Source of the DNA: an uncultured Gemmatimonadales bacterium
GTDB lineage: Bacteria; Actinomycetota; Acidimicrobiia; Spongiisociales; UBA5794
Assembly (NCBI GenBank): GCA_964195945.1
Contig: CAXMRC010000150.1
Location: 16,400-80,399 of the forward strand
Length of the DNA: 64,000 nucleotides
Reading direction: 5' to 3'
Made by a program: the position numbers and the translations under genes. Shown here one piece after another: positions 47,606-57,232 of this stretch; the stretch's first letter is position 1, and every line of letters starts with the position of its first letter. The notes under the pieces were generated by a model. The model did no database searches, was not told where the DNA came from, and saw nothing but the letters and a program-made list of their open reading frames with translations.

Positions 47606-47697
47606 CACTCTGTCCCCTGGCGGAGATTGTTCGGGTTGCCTCAGCTTCAATGATTTCATCGCTTGCCTCTCTTTCTGTGCCGAAAGGTCTCGGGACC

Positions 47698-47718
47698 GTG
47701 CACAAACGAGTGTGCAAC
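47698..47718. promoter_or_regulatory. Inverted repeat TGCACA-N6-TGTGCA upstream of the lipoprotein gene 46700..47605
   Basis: Sequence gTGCACAaacgagTGTGCAac, about 95 nt upstream of the ATG at 47605, in the 299-nt intergenic region after the USP gene. Confidence 0.3.
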
Positions 47719-47904
47719 AGAGTCCCAAACGATCACCAAACTCTGCAGGACCTTCCACCTGGCTGCTGGTAACCAGCGCTCCGGCTCCCGATGGCTAGCG
47801 ACGGGCTCGTGGCGCGACCATGCAGAATCCCCGATACCCACTCGGGGACGTTCGATGGTCGGCCCGACGGGTTTAGAGCCCGCTCTCGACTCCTCCAGCC
47901 GCCA

Positions 47905-48747
47905 TCAGGGGATGACCGCAAGAGGCAGCGGCGAGTGGCGGACGAGGTACGAGGCGGTGTCGCCAAGCCCACTGAATTGACCGGCACCTCTGCTGCCGAT
48001 CACGATCAGCCCGGCACCATCGCTTGCGGCAGCCTCGGGGAGCCCGACCCGGGGATCGGTGTTGCAAACTACGACCTTGTACTCAACATCGTTATCGCGG
48101 AATTGCACCAAGGCTTCCTCGGCGTCGGCTCTGACGTCTTCGTCAAAACGTTCGACGTGTCCCGGAGGCTTCTCACACCCAGGGTCGGCGCATCGAACAA
48201 TCGTGGCCGGCAAGCCTAGATCGGCACAGAACGCAGCCGACCATGAAAGGACGCGGCGGGCAACTGCCGAACAGTCCACACCAACGAGAATCCGGGTCAG
48301 GGGCGGAGGGCTCATGGTCCACCGCCTCGGGACGAGAACAAGCGGTCGGTCGGTCGTGAACAGGAGGCGTCGACTGACCGAACCAAGCAGCAGTCCGGAC
48401 AGCGGCCCCAGGCCCCGGGTACCCACCACCAGAATCGATGCGTCCAGCTCATTGACAGCGTCGAGCAGCACCGTGGCAGCCGGTCCCCGCCGGGCAACGA
48501 TGTCAACGTCATCAAGCCCGACGTCACGGAGGGATTGCGCCGCGGCAGATGCCACATGGGTATTCATCTCTGAGACATCGTCATCGACCCCTGGCAAGGC
48601 TTTCGAGGCCACCCGGGTCCACGCCGCCACCGCCCTTACCGGCACACCCAATCGGCGTCCGATCGCCACGGCCCACGCGGCCGCGATATTGGCATTGAGG
48701 GAATCGTCGACGCCGACGAGGACGGCGCTTCGTGTGTAGTCATTCAT
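47905..48747 (-). CDS. Universal stress protein, tandem UspA domains
   Basis: Two Usp ATP-binding G-x2-G-x9-G-S/T motifs (VVGTRGLGPLSGLLLGSVS; IVIGSRGAGQFSGLGDTAS). GGAGG SD. Confidence 0.85.
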   Translation of the reverse strand: MNDYTRSAVLVGVDDSLNANIAAAWAVAIGRRLGVPVRAVAAWTRVASKALPGVDDDVSEMNTHVASAAAQSLRDVGLDDVDIVARRGPAATVLLDAVNELDASILVVGTRGLGPLSGLLLGSVSRRLLFTTDRPLVLVPRRWTMSPPPLTRILVGVDCSAVARRVLSWSAAFCADLGLPATIVRCADPGCEKPPGHVERFDEDVRADAEEALVQFRDNDVEYKVVVCNTDPRVGLPEAAASDGAGLIVIGSRGAGQFSGLGDTASYLVRHSPLPLAVIP

Positions 48748-48866
48748 GTGGGCCTCCAGTCATGTCTCGGCGAGCGAGGCTGCCGGATACGGAGCCTGGC
48801 GAGCGCGATCGCCAGCAGCTCTCTCGGTTTGGGCGCTGATCTGTAGATGTAGTGTCGATTTGCCGG

Positions 48867-51407
48867 TCATGAGCCATCGTTTCTTTGAGCCGCGCGGCGC
48901 GACCAGATCTCGGCACCGGCGATAGTGACGATGAGCGCCGCGGCCACGAAGCCCAAGCCGGCCCCATCGAGAGGGACGAGGCCGAGCATCGTGCGGAGTG
49001 CGGGGACTGTGATTGTGAGTATTTGCAGCCCGACACTGGCGACGATGATGACGTTGAGCGTCCGGTTGCGGATGGGCTTGGCTGCTATCCGGCGAGCCGG
49101 GTACACAAATGCCAACTGGGCGAGCGATTCGTAGAGAAACACTGCGGTCTGGGTCGCGGCACCTGCGTAGGCCAGCGCCGGAAACGTGAAGAACAGCAGC
49201 AGCCCGATCCCGGCCTTGAGGAACCCCGTTGTCAGGATAAATCGGATGCCGGCTCGGGTGAGAAGCGGCGCCGACGGGGGCCGGGGGCGCTGTGTCATCA
49301 TCCCCGCGTTACGGTCCATCCCCAGCGCCAGAGCGGGTGGCCCGTCGGCGATGATATTGATCCACAGCAACTGGACGGCAATAAGAGGGACAAGGAGGTT
49401 GCCGCCCTCGTCGCGCAGATTGAACAGGGCTGCGCCGGTTACGCCGATCGCGATCAGCAGTACCAGCGCCACGTTGGTAGAGAATAGGAAGCGGATGAAT
49501 TTGAGGATGTTGGCGTAGATGCTCCGACCTTCTTCGACCGCGGCGGTGATCGTGGCGAAGTTGTCGTCGAGGAGCACGAGATCAGCGACTTCACGGCTGA
49601 CGTCGCTCCCTCGTTGGCCCATCGCCACTCCGATGTCTGCCCGTTTCAGCGCTGGTGCATCGTTGACACCGTCTCCAGTCATGGCAACGATTTCACCGTT
49701 TGCCTTGAGTGCTTCCACCAGCGCCAGTTTGTGTTCCGGATTGACGCGGGCGAAGACGTCAACGTAGTTCACTTCGCGGGCCAACTCTTCACTGCTCAGT
49801 TGGTCGAGTTGTTCTCCGGTCATCACCGTGTCGGTGGCTATCCCGACGGTGTTGGCGATGGCCAACGCGGTGGCGGGATGGTCTCCCGTAATCATCAGCA
49901 CCCGAATACCCGCCTCCTGAGTAGCGTTGATGGCGCCAACTACCTCGGAGCGTGGCGGATCCCACAGCGAGACGGAACCGAGCCACTCGATGTCAGAGTC
50001 AGTTTCACCCGGTGCCCAGGCCAGCCCAAGGACTCGGTAGCCCTCTGCGGCGCCGGCTTCGATCTTGTCTTCCCAGATCGACCGCTCCTCCGGTGTCAGT
50101 CGGCTTCGCTCCAATAGCGCCTCAGGTGCCCCTTTGAGATAGGACACCGGCCCTTCCTGGTCACCCACGGTGACCCGCATAAACCGCCAGGCTGAATCGA
50201 AGGGTCGTACCGATTGCCGCTGGTAGCGGCTTCGGGTCTCGGCGGGGTCTACACCATGTTGTGCGGCGTAGGTGTACAGACCGATCTCGAGGGGATCCCC
50301 GGAACCACCCCCAGGCTCAGCATCGGCTGCGAGCACCATCGCAAGCAGCGCTCGCTCATCGTCCGATGAGTCCAGATCGCTGACAGTCATCGTGTTTTCG
50401 GTGAGGGTCCCGGTTTTGTCGGTGGCGATCACGGTCACCGAACCGAGCGCTTCCACAGCGGCGAGTCGTCTCACGACGGCCTTGCGCGATGCCATTCGCT
50501 CGGTGCCAAGTGCCAACGTCAGGGTCAAGACGGCGGGCAGACCTTCCGGTACCGCCGCGACCGCTACCGCAACGGCAAAGAGCAGAGCCTCGTCTATTCG
50601 GTCGATCCCTTCGATCCCGACACCGGCCACCACCAGCACTACGGCGAGGGCAGCCACCCAGCGGGCGATGCGATGGCCAAAATGCGCCATCCGACGCTCT
50701 AGGGGTGTCCCTTCGACCTCGACGTCGGCCAACATGCTCGCGATCCGCCCCATGGCAGATGCTGACCCTGTTCTGGTGACCACCAGCCAGGCATGGCCAC
50801 GCACTGCGAGCGTTCCTGAGAAGACCTCCTGTCCGACAGCCTTTTCGACTGGAACCGACTCGCCGGTCAGCATCGACTCGTCAACCATGAGACCCTGGTC
50901 ACCGGTCAGTTCCCCATCGGCGGGAACCCGGTCACCTGCCTCGACTCGAACCAGGTCCCCAGGGACCACCTCGGCCGCCGGGAGGTGCACCAAACGACCA
51001 TCGCGACGGACCGATACCAGCGGCGCGGCCAATTCTTTCAGACGTGCCAGTGCGTCTTCCGCCCGGTACTCCTGCCACACTCCCATGACCGTGTTGAACG
51101 CCAGGATCACCAGGATCGCTATCGACTCAATTGGCCATCCGGTCGCTCCTTCAAAAACCCAAACAACGGCGTCGAACGCCAAAGCGAACAACAAGATGTA
51201 GATGATTGGGCTACGTAGTTGCCGCAGCACTCGCTCCCACCACGGCGTCGGCCGAGCTTCGGGTAGCACGTTGGCGCCAACCTCGACCAGAAGCACAGCT
51301 GCCTGGTCCGAGCTCAACCCCCCGCCGCTCCATGGGGTCGCATAGTCGACCGGGTCGGCCCTCAATGTGGAATCGTCTCGATATTCGAACGGTGGCAACG
51401 AGTCCAT
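48867..51407 (-). CDS. P-type cation-transporting ATPase, type II (SERCA/CtpF-like, probable Ca2+ or Mg2+)
   Basis: [50 protein letters not shown]. 10 TM. Confidence 0.9.
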   Translation of the reverse strand: MDSLPPFEYRDDSTLRADPVDYATPWSGGGLSSDQAAVLLVEVGANVLPEARPTPWWERVLRQLRSPIIYILLFALAFDAVVWVFEGATGWPIESIAILVILAFNTVMGVWQEYRAEDALARLKELAAPLVSVRRDGRLVHLPAAEVVPGDLVRVEAGDRVPADGELTGDQGLMVDESMLTGESVPVEKAVGQEVFSGTLAVRGHAWLVVTRTGSASAMGRIASMLADVEVEGTPLERRMAHFGHRIARWVAALAVVLVVAGVGIEGIDRIDEALLFAVAVAVAAVPEGLPAVLTLTLALGTERMASRKAVVRRLAAVEALGSVTVIATDKTGTLTENTMTVSDLDSSDDERALLAMVLAADAEPGGGSGDPLEIGLYTYAAQHGVDPAETRSRYQRQSVRPFDSAWRFMRVTVGDQEGPVSYLKGAPEALLERSRLTPEERSIWEDKIEAGAAEGYRVLGLAWAPGETDSDIEWLGSVSLWDPPRSEVVGAINATQEAGIRVLMITGDHPATALAIANTVGIATDTVMTGEQLDQLSSEELAREVNYVDVFARVNPEHKLALVEALKANGEIVAMTGDGVNDAPALKRADIGVAMGQRGSDVSREVADLVLLDDNFATITAAVEEGRSIYANILKFIRFLFSTNVALVLLIAIGVTGAALFNLRDEGGNLLVPLIAVQLLWINIIADGPPALALGMDRNAGMMTQRPRPPSAPLLTRAGIRFILTTGFLKAGIGLLLFFTFPALAYAGAATQTAVFLYESLAQLAFVYPARRIAAKPIRNRTLNVIIVASVGLQILTITVPALRTMLGLVPLDGAGLGFVAAALIVTIAGAEIWSRRAAQRNDGS

Positions 51408-51413
51408 GCGGTT

Positions 51414-52370
51414 TCAGCGCGCATCTCGGCGCGGCTTCACTGGAGTGACGAACCCTTCGGGCTTGACCGCCAACACCGAGCACCGCACCGACTGCAAGAT
51501 GGTCTCGGCCGTGTTGCCCATGATGAGACCGCTCAGCCCGGCCCGAGCCACTGTTCCCATGACAATGAGTCCGATGTCGAGCCGCTCAGCCAGGAGCGGC
51601 AACTCGCGACGTGGTTCGCCCGACACCATATGGATCGTCGCTCTCATCTCGTCCACATGGTGGCGTGCCACCAGTGCGCTGAGCTGTTCGCTATGTGCAG
51701 CCTCGGCTTCGCGAACCATCACATCGACAATGGCTCCCGGCATTTGCACGTATGGCGAGGTACGCAGCGTGGCCTCGCCGTCCAAGCTCCAGGCGTGTCC
51801 CACATGCAGCTCACCATCTTTCCGGCTACACAGCGAAGTCGCCAGGTCCATCGCTAGGTCGTTGAGGCCATCACGAATCGGGTCTTCCGGATCGGGGTCC
51901 ACCAGGGCCAGTACCTGCAGCTTGCGGGCTTGAGACGGTCGCATCACCCAGACCGGTACCGGGCACTTCCGCAGCACATGCATCACGCCGCTGCTCAGTT
52001 GACAAGTGTTCCCTGTCTCGGGACCAGGCTCCCCCAACATCACGAGGTCGTGGCCAAATTCGAGGACCCGCTGAATGACCTCGATAAACGGCTCACCAAC
52101 CGCGGCCATCACCTTCACTTCACTCCCACCCCGAGCGTTCTCGACCATGCGCCGCAGCTGCTGTTCCCGCTCACCAACCAGCGCCGCCTCGACATCGACA
52201 ACCCGACCCTCAACCTCGACTCGCCGATGCCGTCGAGGTATCCGCGCAACTACGTCCATCACCGTCAATTCAGCCTGGTTGACATCGGCGAGCTCGACGG
52301 CGGCCCGAAGGGTCAGCGGCTCCAGATGCCCCGGAGATCCCGCTACCAGAATGCTCTTGAACCTATCCAT
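51414..52370 (-). CDS. Universal stress protein, tandem UspA domains
   Basis: Two Usp domains (SILVAGSPG...; ...MGTVARAGLSGLIMGNTAE). AAAGGA SD. Stop 6 nt before the ATPase ATG. Confidence 0.85.
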   Translation of the reverse strand: MDRFKSILVAGSPGHLEPLTLRAAVELADVNQAELTVMDVVARIPRRHRRVEVEGRVVDVEAALVGEREQQLRRMVENARGGSEVKVMAAVGEPFIEVIQRVLEFGHDLVMLGEPGPETGNTCQLSSGVMHVLRKCPVPVWVMRPSQARKLQVLALVDPDPEDPIRDGLNDLAMDLATSLCSRKDGELHVGHAWSLDGEATLRTSPYVQMPGAIVDVMVREAEAAHSEQLSALVARHHVDEMRATIHMVSGEPRRELPLLAERLDIGLIVMGTVARAGLSGLIMGNTAETILQSVRCSVLAVKPEGFVTPVKPRRDAR

Positions 52371-52409
52371 CGCAACACCATCCTTTCGACGCTCGATCAG
52401 CTATGAGCG

Positions 52410-52724
52410 TTATCCAGCGCAAGCTCGGCACAGAGCTGTTGCGGGCAAGGCTGCGAGTCGTTCGGCCGCAATCGACGTTCCGCACGTCTCGCACGAGCCG
52501 TAGCGACCGGAGTCAATCCGGTCGAGCGCTTCATCTAGCGCAGCGAGCCGGCCCTCGATGGCATCGGCTTGGAGCGCCGCTTCGTCATCGGTGACATCAT
52601 GCGGCTCGTAGTCGAGTCGACTGGTTGAAGCCACCCTCAGATCCCGATGCAACCGCGTCAATCGGTCGCGCTCATCTAGGAGAAGGGATTGCCGCCTCCA
52701 CGCGGATTGGGAGCGCACTCTCAT
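52410..52724 (-). CDS. TraR/DksA-family C4-type zinc-finger protein
   Basis: GSCETCGTSIAAERLAALPATALCRACA, a CxxC-x17-CxxC finger after a coiled-coil region. Confidence 0.75.
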   Translation of the reverse strand: MRVRSQSAWRRQSLLLDERDRLTRLHRDLRVASTSRLDYEPHDVTDDEAALQADAIEGRLAALDEALDRIDSGRYGSCETCGTSIAAERLAALPATALCRACAG

Positions 52725-53194
52725 TGCTCACCGCCCTCGGTCGACAAACCGCATCCGGCGCTCGATCGACTCCGGATCTGCCTCAGCCTCAGATATTCGT
52801 GGTCGAGCCCTTCGTCCACCCCTCGCGATGACCGCCGGCTACATTCAATACAATTTGCGGCGGCCGGCAGCGCCCGCAGCCGAATTAGCGGGATCCCCTC
52901 ACCGCAGGCTGTGCAGTACCCATAGGTGCCGTCCGCAAGGCGATCCAGTGCCTCTTCGATACGCCGGAGCCGGGCCTCGGCCTGTTGCACGAGGATCAAG
53001 ACTGTTGCTGCATCGGAATCAGTCGAGGGGTCTTCCGCATCCAATAGATCGCTGATATCGCGCTGGCTCAGAGCGTCCGTTGCCTCTGTGTGCAGCGATT
53101 CCGCAGATCGGGCGGCCGACTCTCGGTGGCTCGCAAGAACGGCAACGAGCGCTGCCAGGGTCTTCGCTGCAAACCGCGTGGTTGTGGTGGCCAT
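52721..53194 (-). CDS. TraR/DksA-family C4-type zinc-finger protein (tandem paralog)
   Basis: GYCTACGEGIPLIRLRALPAAANCIECS. ATGA overlap with the downstream paralog. Confidence 0.75.
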   Translation of the reverse strand: MATTTTRFAAKTLAALVAVLASHRESAARSAESLHTEATDALSQRDISDLLDAEDPSTDSDAATVLILVQQAEARLRRIEEALDRLADGTYGYCTACGEGIPLIRLRALPAAANCIECSRRSSRGVDEGLDHEYLRLRQIRSRSSAGCGLSTEGGEQ

Positions 53195-53319
53195 GACGTC
53201 CTCCGGAGACCTAGAAACCGCTTCACTCTGTGAAGGTCTCTCCCACCCCGGAGGGGGCGACGCACCGGGTCCGAAGACCGTGTTGACGGCAACGTACGTT
53301 GGGGGGATACTCCCCTTTC

Positions 53320-53344
53320 CCTGTCAAATATATCACGACACAGG
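53320..53344. promoter_or_regulatory. Palindromic element CCTGTC-aaatatatcacga-GACAGG in the divergent promoter region between the TraR/DksA operon and the wHTH regulator gene
   Basis: Inverted 5-6 bp arms around an AT-rich core in otherwise GC-rich DNA. Lies 90-110 nt upstream of both divergent start codons. Coordinates +/-1. Confidence 0.35.
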
Positions 53345-53431
53345 TGGCGTGCATAGGACCATTGAAGACAATAGGCGCCCAAGGTATCATGACATTGGTA
53401 GCGTACGTCGGTGCGAAGCGAAAGGGAGGCG

Positions 53432-53755
53432 ATGACCAACCACGAACGGCGACCTTGGACGTTTCTCACGAACCATGCCCGTGTATTGATTCTGATCGCG
53501 CAGAACCCCAGCATTCGCGGACGTGATGTAGCCGGCATCGTCGGCATCACCGAGCGCTCGACGCAGCGCATCATCGCCGAACTGGAGGAAGCGGGCTACC
53601 TGACCCACAAAAGGATTGGTCGCCGCAACCACTACGACGTGAGTTCGACCGCCCCCCTCCGTCACCCCCATGAAGAAGACATCGAGGTCGGTCTTTTGTT
53701 GGATCTGTTCGGGAAGACCGAGGTTGACCTCCCTACGAGCAAACCTCAGTCGTAG
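53432..53755 (+). CDS. Small winged-HTH transcriptional regulator
   Basis: MTNHERRPWTFLTNHARVLILIAQNPSIRGRDVAGIVGITERSTQRIIAELEEAGYL. AAGGGAGG SD. The table ORF starts at an upstream GTG at 53411. Confidence 0.7.
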   Translation: MTNHERRPWTFLTNHARVLILIAQNPSIRGRDVAGIVGITERSTQRIIAELEEAGYLTHKRIGRRNHYDVSSTAPLRHPHEEDIEVGLLLDLFGKTEVDLPTSKPQS

Positions 53756-53906
53756 GATCGGATTGCGGGGCCATTCTCCCGATCTTTGATCCGGCTCCAA
53801 TCCGAAACGGGCGCTTGGCCGGCTTCACGGAAGCTTCATATGCGCGACATGGTCGCTCGACATTCGCATTGGATAATGCGTATATGTTCGAGAAAGGAAC
53901 AACATC

Positions 53907-54314
53907 ATGAAAAAGGCATTCGGTCTCCTCCTCGTAGTTGGTTTGCTTGTTGCAGCCATGGCAACGGCAGCCTTTGCTGCGGTTCCTGGTGACGGAACCC
54001 GCGACTATGTCGGTGCGGGGTCCCAGGCAGGCAACGGCTACAGCCAGAACTTCGTCGACGTCGATCCGGTAGACGGGATCAACGACAACTTCGTCGATGT
54101 CGATGGTGACAAGATCTGTGACAACTTCGTGGACGAAGATGGCGACGGATTCAGCGACCTGCGCGTCCCCCGCAGTGAGGGTGCCCAGGGTCCCCACGGC
54201 AATGGCACCGGCGTTTGTGACGCCGAGAACTTCGTCGACGCTAACAACGACGGCATCTGCGACACCGCTGGCAGCGGTGGCGGTCAGCAGCGGATGGGTG
54301 GACGCTCCCTGTAG
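53907..54314 (+). CDS. Small secreted protein with thrombospondin-type-3-like calcium-binding repeats (NFVDxDxDGxCD)
   Basis: AAAGGAA SD. Signal peptide MKKAFGLLLVVGLLVAAMATAAFA. Five repeats: NFVDVDPVDGINDNFVDVDGDKICDNFVDEDGDGFSD and ENFVDANNDGICD. The longer ORF on the opposite strand (53733..54326) was rejected. Confidence 0.7.
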   Translation: MKKAFGLLLVVGLLVAAMATAAFAAVPGDGTRDYVGAGSQAGNGYSQNFVDVDPVDGINDNFVDVDGDKICDNFVDEDGDGFSDLRVPRSEGAQGPHGNGTGVCDAENFVDANNDGICDTAGSGGGQQRMGGRSL

Positions 54315-54517
54315 CTCCACCGACATACCACCGGCCTTCGGGACGGTAATGAATGCTCCCCCGCCTCAACTCGGGGGAGCATTCTTGTGAGTGGAACCCC
54401 CAACATCCGGTTGGGGGTTCCCTGATTACGTCACAATCCCGCGGCCCGCCAATCGAGATAGCGGGGACGGCATCCGTTGCCCACGGTGTGGGGCCGCGTC
54501 GGATAACATGACTTTCC

Positions 54518-56470
54518 ATGCGATGGCAGCCATCAGCTGGAGTCGCCGCAGGGTTCATGCTGGTTCTTGCGGCGTGCACCGGCGGAGTAGCTCCAACCAC
54601 GACCTTGGAGACCGGCTCTACTACCACCACCGCGCCTGCTATCGCTTCTTCCACTCCACCGAGCGACTCAACGACGAGTCCTCCTCCGACCCGGGTGCCC
54701 GTCGAGCCTGCCGACGTCGTCCTCTACAACGGCAGCATCGTCACGATGGACGATGCGTTCACAATTGCCGAGTCCGTCGCGATTCGAGACGGGACTGTGG
54801 TCGCCGTCGGCGCCTCTGACGAAGTCCTCGCCTATGTCGGCGGTGCCACCACTTCGGTCGACCTCGAAGGCCGCGTTCTGATGCCGGGGTTCGTGGACCC
54901 CCATACCCACCTACTGCAAGACCCCGCTCCAGATGTCGCCGCGATGCGTATCGCTCAGGAGCTCATGCTCGCCGGCGGGACCACGACGGCGGGGACTCCA
55001 AGCATCGAACCTGACGAGCTGGCGGCCTACCAGGCCATGGATGCAGCCGGAGAGCTGGCGGTGCGCAGCCACCTCTACGTTCTCTACAACACAGTGTGCG
55101 GTGGTCGAGAGTTCGGCGACTTCTATCTGGAGAACGAATTCTCCCGCGACCCCGACCTCAACCTTGCGGTAGCGGGCGTCAAAGTCTTCACTGACGGCGG
55201 TGCGTGTAATGCCCCGGCAATGTCGCTCGAGTACCTAGCGACGGCGCCGGACTACCTCAAGGAGGTCGGCTGGACGGGTCAAGGCACGTTGTATGTCGAC
55301 GCCGCCGAGGTAGCGAGCGTCGTCTCAGCCGTTGACGCTGCCGGCGGAATGACCGTGATCCATGCTATCGGCGACCGGGGAATCTCGACCGCGCTCGCCG
55401 GCCTGGCCGACGCGCTTGACGGCCAACCGTCAGCCAACCGGCACCGCATCGACTACAACAGCATGTCGACACTGCTCACGCCCGCCGAACTCGCCACATA
55501 CGGCGCCATCGACATGATCCCGGTCGTGATGTTGATGCCCTGGGGGTCGGCTTGTGACGAAGGTGTAGCCGAACTGTGGCAGGCGATCCTCCCCGAGCGT
55601 GCCGTCAATTCGATCGAGGACCGTCGAGCCATCCAGTCCGCCAACCCCGGCATCCGCCTTTCCTGGCACGGGGACTTCCCGTCCCTGCCGCACCTGCCGT
55701 TCCAGCAAATGTTCTCTGTGGTGGCGGGCGGCGCCGTCCACGTCGACACTTGGGAGCCGTGCCATCCAACGGCGTGGGATTGGTTCCCCACTGTCCCCCT
55801 CGAAGAGGCACTGAGAATGATGACAATCAACGCCGCCGCCGCCATGGGAATCGAGGAGAAAGTCGGTTCCATTCAAGTCAGCAAGGTCGCCGACCTCCTC
55901 GTCCTGGCAAACGACCTATTCGATCCAGACCCCGAAATCGCCATCGCCACCAACTATCCGCTGGTGACCATGATCGACGGTGTTGTCCAATACTGCACCG
56001 GAGACCTATGCGAGCGTCTGACCGGCGCCGCCGCGTCCCCCGTTCCCACCACCGAGGCGCCACCGCTCCACGCCGGCTGGACGCCGGTGGACCACCCAGT
56101 TGTCGATGCGGTGAGAGCGTCTCGAGAGTTCGAACCGGCGTCCCTGGCAGTAGATCAAGACCGGGATACGGCATGGATCGCCGGTGAGGGCCCACCCCAG
56201 TGGATCGAACTCGACCTGGGATCGTCGGACCGGGTCGAAAGCATCCGCCTGCTAGTCAGCCAGGATCCGGCCGGATTCACGGTCCACCAAATCTACGCCG
56301 GCCCCAGTCCGGATCCAACAAAGCTTGTAGCGGAGATCAAGGGCGAGACCGTTTCCGGGCAGTGGCTCGAGATCGATCTCGGCGTCGAAGCGCAGTTCAT
56401 CCGCATTCTCACGCCCGACACGCCGTCATGGGCCGCCTGGTTCGAGATCGAAATCCTGTTGTCGAGCTAG
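54518..56470 (+). CDS. Amidohydrolase-3 family lipoprotein with C-terminal F5/8 type C (discoidin/CBM32-like) domain
   Basis: Lipobox LVLAAC. Thr/Pro-rich linker. Metal-dependent hydrolase motifs (MPGFVDPHTHLL, HAIGD). C-terminal DRDTAWIAGEGPPQWIELDLG...FIRIL...FEIEIL is a discoidin jelly-roll. Confidence 0.8.
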   Translation: MRWQPSAGVAAGFMLVLAACTGGVAPTTTLETGSTTTTAPAIASSTPPSDSTTSPPPTRVPVEPADVVLYNGSIVTMDDAFTIAESVAIRDGTVVAVGASDEVLAYVGGATTSVDLEGRVLMPGFVDPHTHLLQDPAPDVAAMRIAQELMLAGGTTTAGTPSIEPDELAAYQAMDAAGELAVRSHLYVLYNTVCGGREFGDFYLENEFSRDPDLNLAVAGVKVFTDGGACNAPAMSLEYLATAPDYLKEVGWTGQGTLYVDAAEVASVVSAVDAAGGMTVIHAIGDRGISTALAGLADALDGQPSANRHRIDYNSMSTLLTPAELATYGAIDMIPVVMLMPWGSACDEGVAELWQAILPERAVNSIEDRRAIQSANPGIRLSWHGDFPSLPHLPFQQMFSVVAGGAVHVDTWEPCHPTAWDWFPTVPLEEALRMMTINAAAAMGIEEKVGSIQVSKVADLLVLANDLFDPDPEIAIATNYPLVTMIDGVVQYCTGDLCERLTGAAASPVPTTEAPPLHAGWTPVDHPVVDAVRASREFEPASLAVDQDRDTAWIAGEGPPQWIELDLGSSDRVESIRLLVSQDPAGFTVHQIYAGPSPDPTKLVAEIKGETVSGQWLEIDLGVEAQFIRILTPDTPSWAAWFEIEILLSS

Positions 56471-56624
56471 AGCGACCCCTCTCTCTCCAAATCACGCCTC
56501 CATCCTCCCCGAGCGCTGCCAATGAGACCGCAGCGGTCGTCGATTCCGAGCCCAACCCCTTGATCCACCGTCGGCCCCCAAGTTGCCGCGTTCGGTGCGA
56601 CGCTTCCACCACCGGCCAGACCGG

Positions 56625-57167
56625 TCAGGGGCACAAGCCCTCCGCTCCGGAGGCGCAGAACTCGGCGTGGCCGCCGATGATCGTGGCGAGAACGTCTATT
56701 TCCGGGATCGCATCGACCGCGACTTCGAGCGGGTTCGCTGAAAGCACGACGAAGTCGGCGTATTTCCCAGCCACGATGCTGCCGATGACGTCCTCCTGAT
56801 GCGCGGCGTACGCGCCTCTGATGGTCAGCATCTCAAACGCCTCTTGTACGGTGAGCCGTTGCGAAGCCTGCCATAGCTCGGGGACACGGCCGTCGTATGT
56901 CGTTCGGGTCACGCCTTGGTGCAACGCATCCATCGCGCGCCCGGTATAGCTTTCCCCCTCGCCGCCGGTACGCCACGGGGTACAGCACCACGGTACGTCG
57001 GTGTTGGCGATCAAGTAGATCCCGGAGTCGATCAAGTCCCGCCATCGGTTGGCCAACTGCTGTTGCTCGAGTGGGATCATCCGTGCGAACGACTCGTCCT
57101 GGATAGAGGCTGACGAGTTGAGCAGCTGGATGGAACCAAGGATTCCGAGCTCGGCCGTGTTCTTCAT
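56625..57167 (-). pseudogene. C-terminal fragment (about 180 aa) of an amidohydrolase-3 paralog; N-terminal catalytic half absent
   Basis: GSIVAGKYADFVVLSANPLEVAVDAIPEIDVLATIIGGHAEF parallels the C-terminus of the neighbouring amidohydrolase (GSIQVSKVADLLVLANDLFD...VTMIDGVVQY). Only 66 nt separate it from the upstream gene, so there is no room for the missing 350 aa. Confidence 0.55.
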
Positions 57168-57232
57168 TCTCTCGCGACCTTTTCGCGGACTCTTGCGTTA
57201 GAGCGAGCCTCCAACAAATCCAGTACGCACCA

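Noticed and set aside
47648-47660. Short ATGA-tt-TCAT palindrome
   Set aside because: A 4-bp arm is too short to distinguish from chance. It is kept only as context for the stronger TGCACA-N6-TGTGCA repeat nearby.
50272-51201. 309-aa plus-strand ORF
   Set aside because: It is antisense to the P-type ATPase gene and is Ser/Thr/Ala/Arg-rich with no motifs.
53733-54326. 197-aa minus-strand ORF
   Set aside because: It is antisense to the TSP3-like secreted protein gene, which has a strong SD, a signal peptide and repeat structure. The minus-strand ORF is a typical high-GC antisense frame, rich in Val/Asp/Ala.
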